Shown here: in pieces, positions 62,216 through 64,000 of the stretch
How the letters are laid out: the number at the start of each line of letters is the position of its first letter
How positions within the stretch are numbered: the stretch's first letter is position 1
Assembly (NCBI GenBank): GCA_035221665.1
Contig: JAVHYY010000086.1
Span: 310,001-374,000 of the forward strand
Origin: Okamejei kenojei
Lineage: Eukaryota
DNA: 64,000 nucleotides
Direction: 5' to 3'
Notes under the pieces: model-generated
The model's input: the letters and a program-made list of their open reading frames with translations, nothing else
What the model was told of the DNA's origin: nothing
The model's database searches: none
Program-made: the position numbers and the translations under genes

Positions 62216-64000
62216 ACTGCTCTGTCGCAGAGGACTCTTCACGGACTGTTCCCAGGGACGCATTCAGAGGCCGTCATTCGGGTGCTGCTGGAAGGTCATC
62301 AACTCGGTGAAAGACGCTCTTTGGTGTGCCTGAGCTTTGTTGATCTCCCAGCAAAGCGAGATGTCCGTCGGGGAATGCTGCCGACTGCCCTGCTGCAGAC
62401 TGCAGGAGTGCAGCAAACGCCAAGGCTCTGTGGGGAGGACCACAGTCTCGGGTCTTTCCGCTGCTGGGCATGGGGAAGAATGTGGTGGAGTCGCCCCTCA
62501 AAATAATGGAAGGGATTCCACGACAGTGGGCCACATGAGTGGCAAGATTGGGAGGTAAAATTGTGCAATTTATGTAAACGTTATTGAATGTATGTTTAGC
62601 CTCCGAGAATGTCGGATGGGTTTTTGGAATGGTCATGTATTGTAAATATTTATTTCTCGGATAAAGTATATTTTGATATACAAACACTATGACTGTTTCC
62701 ACGATTGACAATAATCACAGTTATTTTTCCCATAGTCGGGGTCTGCTAAGGCTGAACCATTTCCATGTAAAGACGCAGTCAAATGTTGCGATTTCTTAAT
62801 TTATGGCTGCTCCTCCGCAACTGCCCTGATATTCGCGTCACTCCGCGACAAAGTGAGCGAGGGTGCTTTTGAATTATCCTCCAATCTCCAATGGTTTGTT
62901 TACATGACGTACAACACGTTGTATAGTTAGCATATTGGAAAAGATGATTTGTGGATCATTGTTAACCTATATTTTCTTTGATTTTGGAGATATATTAGGA
63001 ATTTTTCATCTCAATATTAACTTGACTCTGAAACCCCTGGCCGCCAGATAATGTTTATGTATTTTGCATAAGTATATCATTTTAAATTTTAGTGAGCTGC
63101 TGACTGTTCACGTGCTGGCGGCGACGCGGATACTACACAGAGTGAACGGTGCGCGGTCCAATAGTGATTCCACTGGAGACAGAAACAAACCGCCATACTC
63201 CCTGACCACGAACGGAATCCAGGCAGCAACAGACTGTGCGCAGAATGCAGAACACCAGACCGCTCGATATACTGCTGCAACTCATGGAAATTCCAAACCT
63301 ATTTTGCCGGCTAGCTGTGGTTAAATTTCAACAATCACCCAGCTGCACTCTTTATAAAAACAAATCACACATTTTGTCGGCACATGTGGCTGCTTCAAAG
63401 CTTATGAGTCCCAGGATCAATCCTGTAGTCGGGTGATGTCTGAGTGGAGTTTTCCCGTCTCTCTGCGACCGTGTCGGTATCGTCCTGGTGTTCTGATTTC
63501 CTCCCGTATCCCAAATGCGTGTGATTTTGTTTAGGTTAATTGGCCTCTGTAAACATGCACAAAGTGTGTAAGGAATAGATGGAAAAGTGGAATAACATGG
63601 AACAAAATAGATCGGGTCATCGATGGTCGGCGTGGACTAGGTGGTATGACGTCATCAGGAATGAATTTCATATGCCAAAACATGGCAGATGAAGGTGAGT
63701 GGAACTGAAAACATTGATGGGAACATGGCTCCTTGCACATCCTTCTGGCTTTGTTTTAACTTACATCATATAGAAATCACGTGAATTTCTTAAAGAAAAT
63801 ATCAAATCATCATAATAACTCCTTTTTTCTCGACATTGCCGAAGCGACTGCACAAATGTCCACTGCCTGTCGACTTTGGACGGATGCCGTTAATACTGTG
63901 GTGATTTGTTTTTATCATGGCATCATATAGTCTTACAGCGTGGAAACACACCCACACCGGCAAACATGTTCCATCTACACTAGTCCTACCTGCATGCGTT

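Noticed and set aside
63090-63324. ORF with YSLTTNGIQAA..DCA faintly like V framework 3
   Set aside because: No WYRQ, no first Cys and no RSS; cannot be supported by eye.
1-64000. Most remaining ORF-track entries, and any prokaryotic-type system (CRISPR, operons)
   Set aside because: They are antisense or alternate frames of LINE, Penelope and Tc1 remnants, or chance ORFs. No regularly spaced repeat-spacer array is present and the DNA is vertebrate.

Overview
Eukaryotic, repeat-rich genomic DNA with two N-gaps. It is most likely from a cartilaginous fish (skate/ray-like), inferred from the CR1/V-SINE/Penelope repeat mix and a chondrichthyan-type GPR139-like receptor. The window is part of an antigen-receptor variable-gene array, best matching the T-cell receptor alpha/delta locus. 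I find six leader-intron-V segments (V1-V4, V6, V7) and one leader-RSS relic without a V exon (V5), all with 23-type RSSs; there are also two orphan leader exons. No D, J or C segment was found. V3 (+, 16955-17430) is fully intact. V7 (+) differs from intact by one homopolymer indel. All five minus-strand units are damaged: stops, a dead leader, a deleted V exon, or a 3.5-kb CR1 splitting V6. Between them lie a tRNA-Thr(CGT) gene, a 7TM GPCR pseudogene, many CR1 LINEs, Penelope, L1, L2 and Rex1/Babar fragments, V-SINEs, a full-length Passport-like Tc1 and a DIRS1 element. The most interesting signals are: a CTCF motif 22 bp behind the RSS of the intact V, decayed in its pseudogene paralogue; co-oriented CTCF sites matching a strand bias in V integrity; a leaderless but otherwise intact V with an orphan promoter and leader upstream; a leader fused directly to an RSS; Penelope-borne minimal hammerhead ribozymes; and a DIRS with pristine termini around a dead interior. 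All calls are by eye; repeat boundaries are approximate unless a TSD is given.
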